DNA of 64,000 nt from Balanoglossus misakiensis (lineage: Eukaryota; Animalia; Hemichordata). Below are positions 1 to 44,402 of this stretch, in pieces (the stretch's first letter is position 1; the number at the start of each line of letters is the position of its first letter). The notes beneath the pieces were generated by a model, which had not been told where the DNA came from, did not search any database, and worked only from the letters and a program-made list of their open reading frames with translations. The DNA lies in the NCBI GenBank assembly GCA_040954595.2, contig CM082589.2, forward strand, positions 2,600,075 through 2,664,074, in the 5' to 3' direction. A program made the position numbers and the translations under genes.

Positions 1-1187
1 TCCAGCTTCACTTGCATAGGTGCACTGTCGCTAAACACCGACACCATATCAAGAAAATCCTCAAAATTCATGCCGCCATCTTCACTCGAGGAAAATATGC
101 GACAGATGCGATCTTTGAACGGGTTACACTGCAACAGGATTTATATAATGGTGAATGTGTGAGGTTTTGTTTGGTCTTTGTCTGTCTCTCTTTGCCCCTC
201 CCCTTTCCCTGAATTTTCAAAACAGTCAATACAATTTATACATGAGAACTTTCTGAACTCACTTGTAATTCGGGCAATTGTTGTATAGTCTCTGCCGACA
301 GAATTGCCCGGTGGTCATCATCAACTGTCTCTGGATCCAACTCTGTGAACCTATCGAATACACTGTAAACAAACAGGACATGTGATATTTGATGGTAATG
401 ACAGGCCAATATATAATTAAGCAATAAAACACCCCCAACCATGGTATACCACGAGATTTTGACCAGTTCACGACATATACGCACGAGCGATAGCGAGTGC
501 ATATATGGAGTTGAACTGGTCAAAATCGAGTGGTATACCATGGCTGGGGGTGTTTTATTGCTATTATATTATGCCAGTATATTGAAACTTTGCATAAAAC
601 ATTTTAAAAAGGCATTTTCTTTGACTATGATATATGACTGTGGTATATGGCTAATATATCACGGTCATGTGTCGTGTCTCGACCAATCAAATAGCGTGAT
701 TTACACCATCAATATACTGGTATAATATAATTAACGGTACTACACAATGATAAGCGATCACTATAAATGACAAATGTACTCACTGTAATATCTCCGCCTT
801 CGACAGATACGTTAGCTCCTAAAGGCAATTTAGAAAGTCGAAGTTATTACAAGGCTGTGAGTCCCAGTAATATGTCATTGCTTCGATGTATGTATGTATG
901 TATGTATGTAGTATGTATGTACCGTATGTATGAAGTCGTGAATAAGAAATGGGGAAGTAATGAGCGATTTCTAATATCCGCTTTACTAAAGATCAAATTT
1001 CTCAGTAGAGATTGCATTGTTAAACTTCCGCCTTTCGAGTCAGCCTAGTGAACACATAAGCGCTGATCACAAGCTTATCCCTTGCTTGAACAATATACTA
1101 AGACGTACACAACGTACATTGGTTGATTGATCTCACCTCATAGTCGTCGAGTTCCCCTTGGGTGAGTTTACTTCTCCACACGCCCAT
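1..1187 (-). CDS. Calcium- and integrin-binding protein (CIB1/CIB4-like EF-hand protein), 5' part; continues beyond left edge
   Basis: Exons 1137-1187, 784-818, 263-362 and <1-128 have GT/AG borders and consistent phases. They give MGVWRSKLTQGELDDYE|ELTYLSKAEILH|VFDRFTELDPETVDDDHRAILSAETIQQLPELQ|CNPFKDRICRIFSSSEDGGMNFEDFLDMVSVFSDSAPMQVKL. LTYL..EIL, LPEL..NPFKDRICRIFS and FEDFLD..SVFS match CIB1/CIB4 better than CIB2/3. N-terminal MGxxxS fits a myristoylation consensus. Confidence 0.9.
411..734. mobile_element. Palindromic non-autonomous (MITE/foldback-like) insertion in CIB intron 2
   Basis: Near-perfect inverted repeat 411-568 (arms GCAATAAAACACCCC..CCATGGTATACCAC..GATTTTGACCAGTTCA and its reverse complement, centre GCACGAGCGATAGCGAGTGC). 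The direct repeat ATATAATTAA at 411-420 and 725-734 may mark the ends. Confidence 0.6.
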
Positions 1188-2291
1188 TCTCGCCGGAGAA
1201 TGTCTCTTAAAGCCGACAAACAGTCGCCGCGGAATCCACCGTCGACGTTTGTAAATGGCCGAAAAACAGCGAGAGCCTTCTACATGTATATGTTTACACC
1301 CAGCCTTACTTGACCCCGCGTGACCTTGGGTCACAAAGGAACGGGTGTGATAGGCTATGTGGCATCTTGGCGTGGTATTATTAATGTGTGCGTAATAAGT
1401 CAAAACGTGTACGCATGCGTCATGAACGAATATATACACAACAAACATCTGTATGTATTAATAGTGCATAACAAAATACGAGCACACCATAAATCAAAAT
1501 ATGTCAAATTAGCATATGTACACGTCATTATCTTTTCTGTCCCAATTTTTGTTGTCACACTTGAATGATAATGATTAATAGACCTGTTTTGATCATGATG
1601 TCACCAACCTCCAAGACAGCATAGCACTGTATCGAAGGAAAATGTGACAAAAAGACCTAATTAATATCATGTAACCCGCTTTTATGACACAGGCAAACAT
1701 CGTTTGCATGTACCGAATGTGTCACAAAACGTTCTCGAAAACGGAATACCCTTATGTTTGTTTTGGGTGCATGTTGTGGCTCCAAGCCATCAATCGTCAC
1801 ACTTTACAATCAAAGGCCAGCCTCGTCGCCCTTGCAAGCCTCAAGGGCGTGTTCAAAGCCACCCTGTCAACAATTAAGTCAACAATACTTGACACGGTTT
1901 GTTCAGCGCCATTGTGCGTGGGTTCAGCACTGCAACATGGCATATCTACAAAGTGTCTAACTGCTTTACATGCAATGACGTCTGAACTCAATCTTGCATG
2001 GTTGATATGATTTTATTTGAACAGAGTGAATAATCTTAACAAGCCTTCATTGTTTGGTCGATTGATTGACGTCATTTTTAGACACCATTACTATCAGAAA
2101 AATGTTGTATACAATGATTTTGCACCGTATAGAATCATCATTGCCCTCTATCATGACAGACAAAAAACTCCGCAGCGATACTCGGTCCAATGTCATGTTC
2201 ATTCTCATCACATTATATAATTTCTGTATATTGTATAAAATGCAAATATATATACATGTATCCATAAAATTTGCGCACGAGATAATCCTCT

Positions 2292-19695
<17,404 letters not shown>

Positions 19696-20336
19696 TTTGA
19701 CTCCTGTTCAACTGTCTCTCCGCAGTTGCGTCGACTGACTGACTGACTAACTAACTGATATGTTTGAGCATGAACAGATTTGTGCATAATATAATGTACA
19801 GACAATAGAAAATGACAAAAGACTTGGTCTTGTTTATGCAGAATTAGTTTTGAGTTATTTTTTTTTAATGAATAAAGAGCTGTTTCCAATGCAAATCGTA
19901 AAATGCAATTTGTTTGGTTTGTATCAATGGTTAGACTTTTTCAGATAAGAATGTTGTACTACCGGTACAGCAGCTGAGAAATCAATGAATGAATTAATTA
20001 ATTCATGAATGAATCGAAATGACATCAAGGTTATTAATGATAACATACATTTTGTTGATGACAACATCGGGCATAAGAACAGTATGAATTCAAACGAAGG
20101 ATACGTTTCACAAAAAATATCAAATAAACTGGTACAATATTTGTGACCAAATCGAGAGATACCAAAATTCCTATATAATACAACCGCATCATACTGTTGT
20201 CCATGTTACCCTATGTATATTCAAGGCAGCCATTTGTCTTCTTCTCTAATATGTCTGGCTACACAGGCATGTATTTCTGTGTATTAATTGTATATTATAC
20301 ACAAATACATACAATTTCCATTAGGTATTGCTGTCC

Positions 20337-35366
<15,030 letters not shown>

Positions 35367-35589
35367 TTTGAGCCGTCCCTGCTCCTAGTCGGGCGCGCCG
35401 ACTGACTGATTAAATAACATGTTTGTTCAAGAATTCGGGTGTGGTAACGTGTACCTAAAAACAGCACTATCGCAAGCTGGTAAGAAATCTCCCAGCCAAC
35501 TGTGGCTTTAATTTAGAACTACCAGATGTAGACTTTGTTACAGAAAAAAAAAACACGCATGCGCAAGCACGATTGAACTGGTCAGTAAC

Positions 35590-35621
<32 letters not shown>

Positions 35622-35650
35622 GACACACAGACAAACAAACACACACATTC
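35590..35650. repeat. (CT)n / (CA)n simple repeat upstream of otoferlin copy B
   Basis: About 15 CT units followed by a CA-rich run. Confidence 0.8.
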
Positions 35651-36359
35651 ACACGAATACAAGTTTTCTATGTCTTGCATACATACACTCGGACATTTCA
35701 CAAACTTTGAAAACCACACTGCAAGTACGTAGCTTTGTCATACAAGATGTCTTTATTTACATTATTTCATGGAACAAGGTATGGCATAATTCGATGTGTA
35801 GTCCTATGTGCGTCAGTCTTAAGCTGAGGTATGAATAAATAATACATGAACGTCGATATGAAAATTACCCAAGTCTCTTCTGTGGGGGGATGCATATGTT
35901 CTTAATATTTCTCCCAAATTATGGCGGAATAGGTATGTATCTAAGACGCAAGCAACTTCTACATGTGTAGCATCCGCGTTCCTTTGGGTATGGGCTAATA
36001 TAATACAAAGTGATCATATCGCTAGGGTCGAAATTTGTCTTGGGAACTTGAAGAACCATGGGTCATGCGTCATTATCAGGAGAGATTGGCGCCCTCGACG
36101 CCAGTGAACAAAACTTCTGGAGCTATGCACGTTCGGTGCAATGCAAGGTGTGGCATTTTGTAGGGCTTCAACAAAAATACTACAACGCACACTTTCTTTA
36201 CGGAGTAAAATCCAACTTTTTCAAGCAAATAGATATAATTAAAGCTTGATGGACGGAAGAAAAAAAAGGACATTTGGAACCTAACTAAATGAAACGACTG
36301 ATAAATCGAGAGCATAAACTCCGTTGCAAAACGAAGAATATATTTTCTGGATCGTTTCC

Positions 36360-39300
36360 CTAACGTCTTTCGAAGTGCACATCTCGCATTGCGCGGTCGC
36401 GAACGGATGATTTGGGGACGTATTTGCCCAGAAGTCTTCTCTGTATTCCTAATGGCACGTTTGGTCTGTGAGCTGAATCCAGCGATTGGCTCAGTTGGAT
36501 CCTATAATTACAAAGATGAGGAAAACAAGAGAAATGTGTGCGATTACCAATAAACTATTCCTCTGAGACTACATCCTGTAGCTTGTGTGGTCAGGTGATG
36601 TGCGGGGCAGTGGCCAGTCTCGATAATTCTCACCATGAAAGGCAGAAACTTGGGGCTGGGACAGGCGATATTTAAAGGGACATAGCAATAACTTCTGATT
36701 ATTTCAGCAGTCTTGTGTTCCATTATTCATGGTTCGGAAGGTAGATCAAGAAACTGTATGTTCACTTAACCAAACTGTTTCTCCCCTCCCCCGACCTTCT
36801 TCCCGGAATTTTAGCGCAGTCTTTTCATTTAGCCACGGTTGTAACTTGTAACGTAGAACAGAAATTTAAGGAAGAATGACAAAAGTTTGCAAAAGTATCG
36901 TGAGTACGTAAGCCCACGATATTCCTCCGCATTGGCCAGTAAAAAGGGGGCACAGCTTTAACCCGTCACAAGAGGGCGTTTGCATGAGGCGAGTCAAGTT
37001 GACTTCAGATTATCAATCAGGGACATGACTTTATTTTATTATTCATTATTTGAAGAAAAAAATATGAGTCACTTCATATTTTAAAAATATCTCATGAAAG
37101 AAAAATACATAAGAAATCAGTAATACAAAGAAAAATAACAACAAAGAGACATTACTAACATTGAACAGGCTTTTAGAGTTGTAACAACTTTGTTTTTGAT
37201 CTGTTTTGTAAATTTATCATTATTGGAGAACAGAGACATGAAACATGTAAATACAAAGATTTACACTGACAGCAGGAGATTTTGGTTATATTAGATAAAT
37301 ATTAAGAAAGCCAGTGGATTTTGTTTCTTGGCGATTTCAGTGTCCTCTTGGAAACACCAAAGCAACTGATGGAATTTGGAGCACAAAAGACTTCTGTTTT
37401 TGGCACAATTACATATATGGCAAAGATAGCTCTGTTTTGGCACACATCAAACACCAACATGAAATTCAGACCACAGAGGAGTCTGCATTTACCCAGTATT
37501 GCACAAATAGCATCATCAATGTTTCGACTGCAAAAGTCTGGAGATATAACTGCCAAGAAACAAGACCCATTTGGCTTATATCAGATAACCTACATTAAAT
37601 TTTCTTTATTTGATAAAATAGAGCACCTATAATTTTAATAAAACTATTTGAAACTGACTATATATAATAACCCACCATGGGTCATCTTTGTTTCTTAAAG
37701 TTTTTGTTTTACCAAAATACAGGAGCTTAGGGTAAGATATTTACAAGTCTTTTTTATCACTTTTTTATACTGCTATCCCACAATGCAATTAGGCAATCTG
37801 GTGGACACTGTATTCAGATATGATGTTCATAATTGCTACAGACTTTCCTTTGTTTTCATCCAAGGTCAGTGACCTCACCCTGATCGCACTGCATTTTGGG
37901 ATAAAGTATGCAAAGATGTTTAACAAATCATATTTGACCTCTCTCTGTTTCCCCCCTGTTTAGCATAACTGTATGACAGGGATTTACTATAGAGTTTCAC
38001 CATGCATGGGAAGGAAAGGGAGCCTAGTCTGAGAAGGGATACTGGGGCTATTATATGGAAGAGGGTTTACACTGGGCTGATTTATGGGTGATATTACTTA
38101 GAGGAGAGAGGGTAATTTAAGCACAAATACGAGTCATTTTACACGTTACGGGTAGGTTACTGAGGTAGCTGTGTTTCCTAGCTTACTAGGTTCTACAAGG
38201 GTATAAAAGTTTACAGGGTTTTATGACAGTCATTGGTCATGGACAAAGGACATTATAGGCAGTGCATCAGGCTGAATTGTGGGTGTGAGCAGGTGTTCTG
38301 CAGTGCAAAGGATTGTGGGTACATGTGTATAGGAATGTGGTAACAGGAGTTGTGCAAAAGAACAAGGTAACTGGATATGCAGGGAGTGGTTGGTCATGCA
38401 TACAATGCAGTAAACCATTCAAACATATTCCATAAAAGGGTTTTAAGACATACAGAATATACAGAATATTTGCTGTGACTGTTGAAATGTACAGTTTTTT
38501 GGCAGCACTGCTTAGAAGCTGCAAAACACTCTGCTTAGAAGTCAAGGATCAAAACACAAAACAGCAAATTAAACTGTTGATGTAAACCAAAATAGAAAGG
38601 ACCAATCTCCACTGACACTTGGGGTATCTATATATATCCCTCATCATTTTCAACTTTGTTCACCCCTTTCCCTATATATGGACCTGTCTTTCTCCATAGA
38701 AAGCAATGGGAAGAGTCCACAGTATAGGGGTGGAAAGCATAATATTTTTTGTGCATAATTCATAAGCCGAGTGGAAATTGATCCTTTTACAATAACACAG
38801 CAAAACACATGCAGTGAATCTGTGAACTTTACATATCTGCACTTTTCCTAATTTCTAATTTTTTTCCCTTTTCCATGCCTAGCATCACCAATAAAAACAG
38901 CTTTGTATGAAAATCTCCCCTATTAGTCAGAATGACATGCTAAGTTAAAAGAACTTGCCCAGTACACATAAAAACCAGGTGTTAGTGCAAGAGTTCAAAG
39001 GTTAAAGGTGAAAGGTTAAACCACATCACAGCAAACCATATTGCCCGGTTATTGTGGATATCACGGCACACCGTCCCACTACTTACAAGTAGGCAGACTG
39101 TTTCTTGAACTGGTCCTCGGCTTTTACGGGCAACATGAAGTAATCCACCCGTTGAAAGGTTCCGGTGCGGTCTTTGTAATGTTCCCGGTGCTGCTGTGAC
39201 AACTGTAAAATGAGAGACAGCTCGCTGATAAGTGTTTGAATACAGAAGATTTTGCATCATAAGGGGCATACCAGGATATACTGGAATGCTATGTAGTAGT

Positions 39301-40372
39301 ATTGCTCCTTCTAATTAAACTTTTGAATGGAACGTTTCACGGCCTACTAATATGTACATTGTATAACCAGCAATGTTACTGTTGACAATTGAAATTTGGT
39401 CCAGACTAAAATTCACATGTAAATAACTTCATACTATGCTTCACTAGGACACACACAATTGTACTTTGATGAAAAGTTGACTACTTTGCATTATGCTTTA
39501 GTCAGTAGAAAAAGTTACAACTACTGTATTGTCCCTTTAATACTACGCCTAAAATGCCAAAGTTTACTCATCGGTTGTACAAGAATTACCGTGTCGAATT
39601 TGCCCAGTTCTTCCTCCCTGTCATACTGGTAGTTACTCAGTTGATACTTGGGCGCTGTTCGATATCGTTCCCTGGTGCGATCCCTTGCACTCATCACCAA
39701 GTCCGGGTTGTGCGAGTATATCGTCGGGAACTGTCCACCTTTGCTGTAGTTACTGCGACTGTTGTTCAGCGTCGCTGATCTGTAGTCCTGGAAGTATTTG
39801 GCTGTGGCTTGGCCGTAGGTTTCGCCATAATCGAATTTTGTTGTTGGACAGTGGCCTTTGTACCTACAACAGTAATTATTAATTATTAAAATTAAATCAA
39901 ATATCAAGGGTTACCAATGAGGACAAGATAGCTAGGAGGTCTCCTCCCAATATGAATAAACATAAAGTGAAGTAAAACAGTCTTCTCTCCTATCCTTATC
40001 TATAAGTATCATAATCTTATATAAAGACGAACATGGAATCTGCAGGCCATGTTCATATCAGTGCTCAAAATGTACGTTTCCAATGTAATGTACATGGTGC
40101 AGGTGGCGATAAGGTGGAGGGCCCTGCATCGTCCATATTATCTATATACTTCACCTATGATTACAAGACACATATGTGTATATGTAAGTGTGGAATCCCT
40201 TCATGAACTCGCTCAGGTGGCTAATCCATCATGCGAGACGCATCAATGCAAAAAGCAATGTTGTATTTGTAAACAAATAGCGACTGGCTGTCATCACTTA
40301 CCCTGGCATAAGCCTGGGAGGTATGTACGTCGCATTGTGCGTCGTAATGAGTGTGCCAGCGCTCTTCGACAT
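36360..40372 (-). CDS. CIMIP2C: Ciliary microtubule inner protein 2C / FAM166C (C2orf70) homologue, 200 aa
   Basis: Exons 40302-40372, 39590-39863, 39087-39202 and 36360-36501 (603 nt, GT-AG, phases 2/0/2). They give [24 protein letters not shown]|[43 protein letters not shown]..|[26 protein letters not shown]..|..[14 protein letters not shown]. This matches human C2orf70 as I recall it (SAGTLLT..YVPPGLMPGYQGHVP..KYFQDHR..GGHFPTIFS..QQHRKYYQDKTG..RDCYFE) end to end, including the PGYxG motif. Confidence 0.9.
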
Positions 40373-42140
40373 CTTCCCTTCGAAGCCGATCACCAAGGGT
40401 GCATAAAATTACAATGTTTTGGTCAAAAAACGGTCGCTGAACACGTCTGACCACTGTAACGAGACTCAATGCGGAAGTGATGTCGTGGGCTGTGCAGAAT
40501 AAACACTGGTTGCTATGTGCGTGTGTATTCATCCACGAAAAGAAGTTCGTTTGATCGAGTCTGTGAGAAATAGCCAGGGTTTCTATCATTTCGGCACATT
40601 TATTAAAATATAAACAAGATTCATCGAGTTTTAAGATCTTTTCAGTGATATTTACGATTGTTTTTCACTTTGTAAACGCACTACTTTATTTCTTGTCGCA
40701 AGGATACAAGACTTCGCTTCGTAGAACAAAGCGTCCGTAGTAACATAGTAGATTCCGCCCTCTACGGCAGTGATGAGGAGTACTGTGGTTGATCATACAG
40801 GTGTCTGTCTGTCTGTCTATATCTATCTATGTCTATATCTATCTATCTATCGGCTTGCTATTTTTTTCAGGTTGTTTGCATGTAAATATGTTTACCATCA
40901 GACAATTTAATTACATGTACATGGTCTTATATCGCAAAATTGGGTAGTACTAGTATTGAACTGTGATATTTTGCAATGTTTGATTCTCGCTTCATCAAGT
41001 GTACGGTGGCTAGACAATACAATGATTGATTGTTATGAGTTCCAGGAAAATAAAACAATAAAAACAAAACCGGGCGACATCTGTTGTCTGTTCTCCCTAA
41101 CGCGACGTGTATTGGGCGGGTAGGAAACCGGAGGTGGCACTCCTATGCTCGTTTTCGAGCGATTATAAAAATACTTACTGGTAAAGTTCCATTATGCTAT
41201 TTAAAAAACAACAACGACAAATACTGTTTGCAGTAGCTTTGTTTTTGATTTAATATCTTATTTTGCAAGCAAACGATAAAATCGTTAAAATCCCCTGCCA
41301 GAGGCCCAACATTCTAAATTAAAATTATTTTATTATCCTGTGAAATGTTTCTTTGAGTACATGTGTGGAGGGCAGACGTTCTATGAAAATATCCGATATG
41401 ATGAGAAGAGTCAGGGTTGCAGTGTTCAGGGACTGTGTTCTGGGACTGTGTTCCGATCGTGCTGTCTTGTCAGGTCATACGTGACATTTAAGCTCTTGGG
41501 ATATATACATTAGTAAATACACTGACACGACATTTACACGTTATCTGTGACTGTGTAAAGAGCACCAGTTGTCAAGGAGACCGTTGGTGACGTCAAAGAA
41601 AAAGATGCGGCCATGTTAGAATTGAGCTCAAACTTTAACATTGTGCTGTAGATAGAATTGAAATTGCAGTGCCCTGCTGGTGTGAATGCGTGATAATCAC
41701 CCGTGGACGTGCATAAAATGCGGGAAAATACAGCACTTGTTTGAATCAATTCAAAGGCATGTTTGGTGCCTGATTAACACATCGCAAGGAGCACGTGCTT
41801 TCAAAGCACAAACACAAGGTGACCTTGTGACAGCGTAAATCACGCAGTGCATGAGAAATCGGGACATCGTGAACGTGTTTTTCTCGGGTCTAATGTCGCA
41901 TGCCTAAGATTACGTGGGCGTTAAAGTCGAAACTGCAGACTTTATCATGTCGATTGGTCGCGCAGTTAATGGTCAAATGGACGATGTGAGTGAAAAGTAT
42001 CACGTTTCTACTGCACAGCGATTGCACAGGTAACATGGATAAACATAAAGATAGTGCTTCATCAACTGTGCACAGTACAATAAGTTTGGGCTTCTTCTAC
42101 TGTTGTTGCGAAGACCGTAAAATCTGAGTGGAAGAAAGAT

Positions 42141-42198
42141 ACCAGACCAGACCAGACCAAACCAAACCAAAGCCAAAACCAGACCAAACCAAACCAAA
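42141..42198. repeat. (CCAGA/CCAAA)n pentanucleotide repeat in the CIMIP2C-otoferlin C intergenic region
   Basis: About 11 degenerate pentamer units. May be the tail of an unclassified interspersed repeat extending to ~42330. Confidence 0.75.
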
Positions 42199-44402
42199 GT
42201 CGAATACTACATGCACACTGACCGATCACGACCTCTCTGGCTATGGTAACCTGACAAACCCATGAGAAATTCCCCATAAAATGTTTCTTTATAGTCTCAG
42301 CCGGTCAAGGTTCCGTTTCTATTCCCCGATGCACGACGAAGTTGAATTAAAATTCTGCGTTACGCCTTTTCCACTCTACGTATATTTGATTAATGTATTA
42401 AATTTTGAACGGATGCCATACAACAGATTCTCTCATATCCCACTGTATAATACGCAGCCTATTGTGTTGTTGTCAATTTTACACTGAAGAAACGTTAATA
42501 AAGAACAGAGCGACCGGGAAATACTTCATGTAGACCCACGGGAAAAGACAAATGAGACTCCTTTTCAAGAAAGAAATTATAACCTGATGGATGCGGAGAT
42601 CGCAAGATGCAATGAATCCTATAGGAACGTCTTGAGAGTCCGTGTTACGACAGCGTTGCAAGTTACGCGCGCTCACGGGGGAGTGACACACGGATACTAG
42701 ACTTTGCAGCCGATGTTATCTTGCTGTCTGCATAATCAGGACTTCAGGGTAAAAATGCCGACGCGTCCCGTGTGGCAATGCTTGTAAATCCTCTGATAAT
42801 TGGCAAATTAACCGTGCCGATTCAAAAAATACAGCACAGTAACAAAATTAACGATTTCAAAAGCAGTTACCGAACTGTCCCAAGTAATGTCTCTGCGAAT
42901 ACGACATGCGATACTAATCCGGAATCGTTCAGTCGTGGTTCTATAATTCTAAACTCTCACTCAAACACTTATTCGTAGACTTGAATCATCACTAATAATT
43001 TCTAGCGTGATATAGCATGGTGATCTCTGTGAGAACTATCGCTTTCCTATCCTAATTCATATAAAATTATTATATTATCACTTTATGTACATAAGGTGTT
43101 TTCTAATTAACATTTTGAGGTTCTATGGGTGATTACATTTCCAGGAATTACTATTGCACTCTATACATTTGAAGCGGAAAACCTTTTCAAAACTGTTACG
43201 AGATAGACTTTTAATCATTCTCGTGTGTGACACCTTTGTGTCTTAGTGACAGCAGAAAAATGTCGTTGAAATCCAAAATCCGCATTACCTGTCCGTTGAA
43301 ATGGATGAGACAATTAACCTTTGGTGCGTTTGCCCTGTAGGAATTTCTGCAAAATTGATGAAAGGTGATAGAATGAATGAGGCCGAAAGTCGGTTTGCAT
43401 CATTGTAATAATGTAACTCCCCGACTTTTCTTTCTGAAATATTTACAAGGCAGATGATACGTGACTTGGGTGCATCGGTGCGCAAAAATGTTTCAATTTA
43501 TACCTGTGCGTTCCTCAGGCAACTATATTAGGCTGATGTTGTTCGTATGGTCTACCTCAAAGTATGACGTCGAATTATTGTTAATTATGCATATATATTA
43601 CTCGTGATGAGTACTGTATCTAGACTGGCCTGTGTCTGAATTTTATCAAATACCGGGTGAAGAAGCGTTTACGCTTAACGTCTGCAGTGCACACAATAGC
43701 TTACCAACGCAGAAACCCCGATTTATTTACGGCAGTTCACGAACTAAGCCAGGGTTTTAGCCATCTTGTTTTTTCGTGACTTGTGCGGGTGTGTTTGGCT
43801 CATACAACAGCCCGTCGATAAATCTTTCCTGACTTTCTCGTTAATTATTCATGTGATCTATTCTCAATTGAAAAGAAAAAAGAGACGAAGTGTTGTCAAG
43901 GGCGCTGGCTCGCGTCGGTCTGAAGTGAAAATAAGACTGATGAAAATGTTCTGTTCAATAATAAGTTGGCGCATTTCATAACTGTCTTTGGACTTTCCAG
44001 GGATTCGTAAAATTAATAGTAATTTTTAACCAACAATGAACAATTTTCACGCTTCAGAATGGGTCTGTCTTGTACGACTCGAAGTGCGTGTGCTATGTGT
44101 GTGTACCGGAGTATAAACGAATATGTCCATGAAAAAACGATGTCATTGTCTCAATTGTTTTAAAGAGGAAACGTATTTTAAAACCAAACGAGTCAGGAAA
44201 AAATATCATGCAGACACGCATTACTCTGACGTGTCTGAAACGTGAAAATACGTGGGTGGATATCTCTTGCGGAATGTAATTTATAGGAGTGTGTCCCCCT
44301 GATAACCAACCACTTTATCATGTAAATCAGTTGCCCAAATGACAGCAATGCGTTTACACTGCTAGAGAAGGGCCAGGAATTGAATGATCACTTAAACACA
44401 AA

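Noticed and set aside
236-725. Mirror-image ORFs 236-541 (-) and 441-725 (+) both starting MVYH..ILTSS
   Set aside because: Artefact of the palindromic element. Only 263-362 is a real (CIB) exon.
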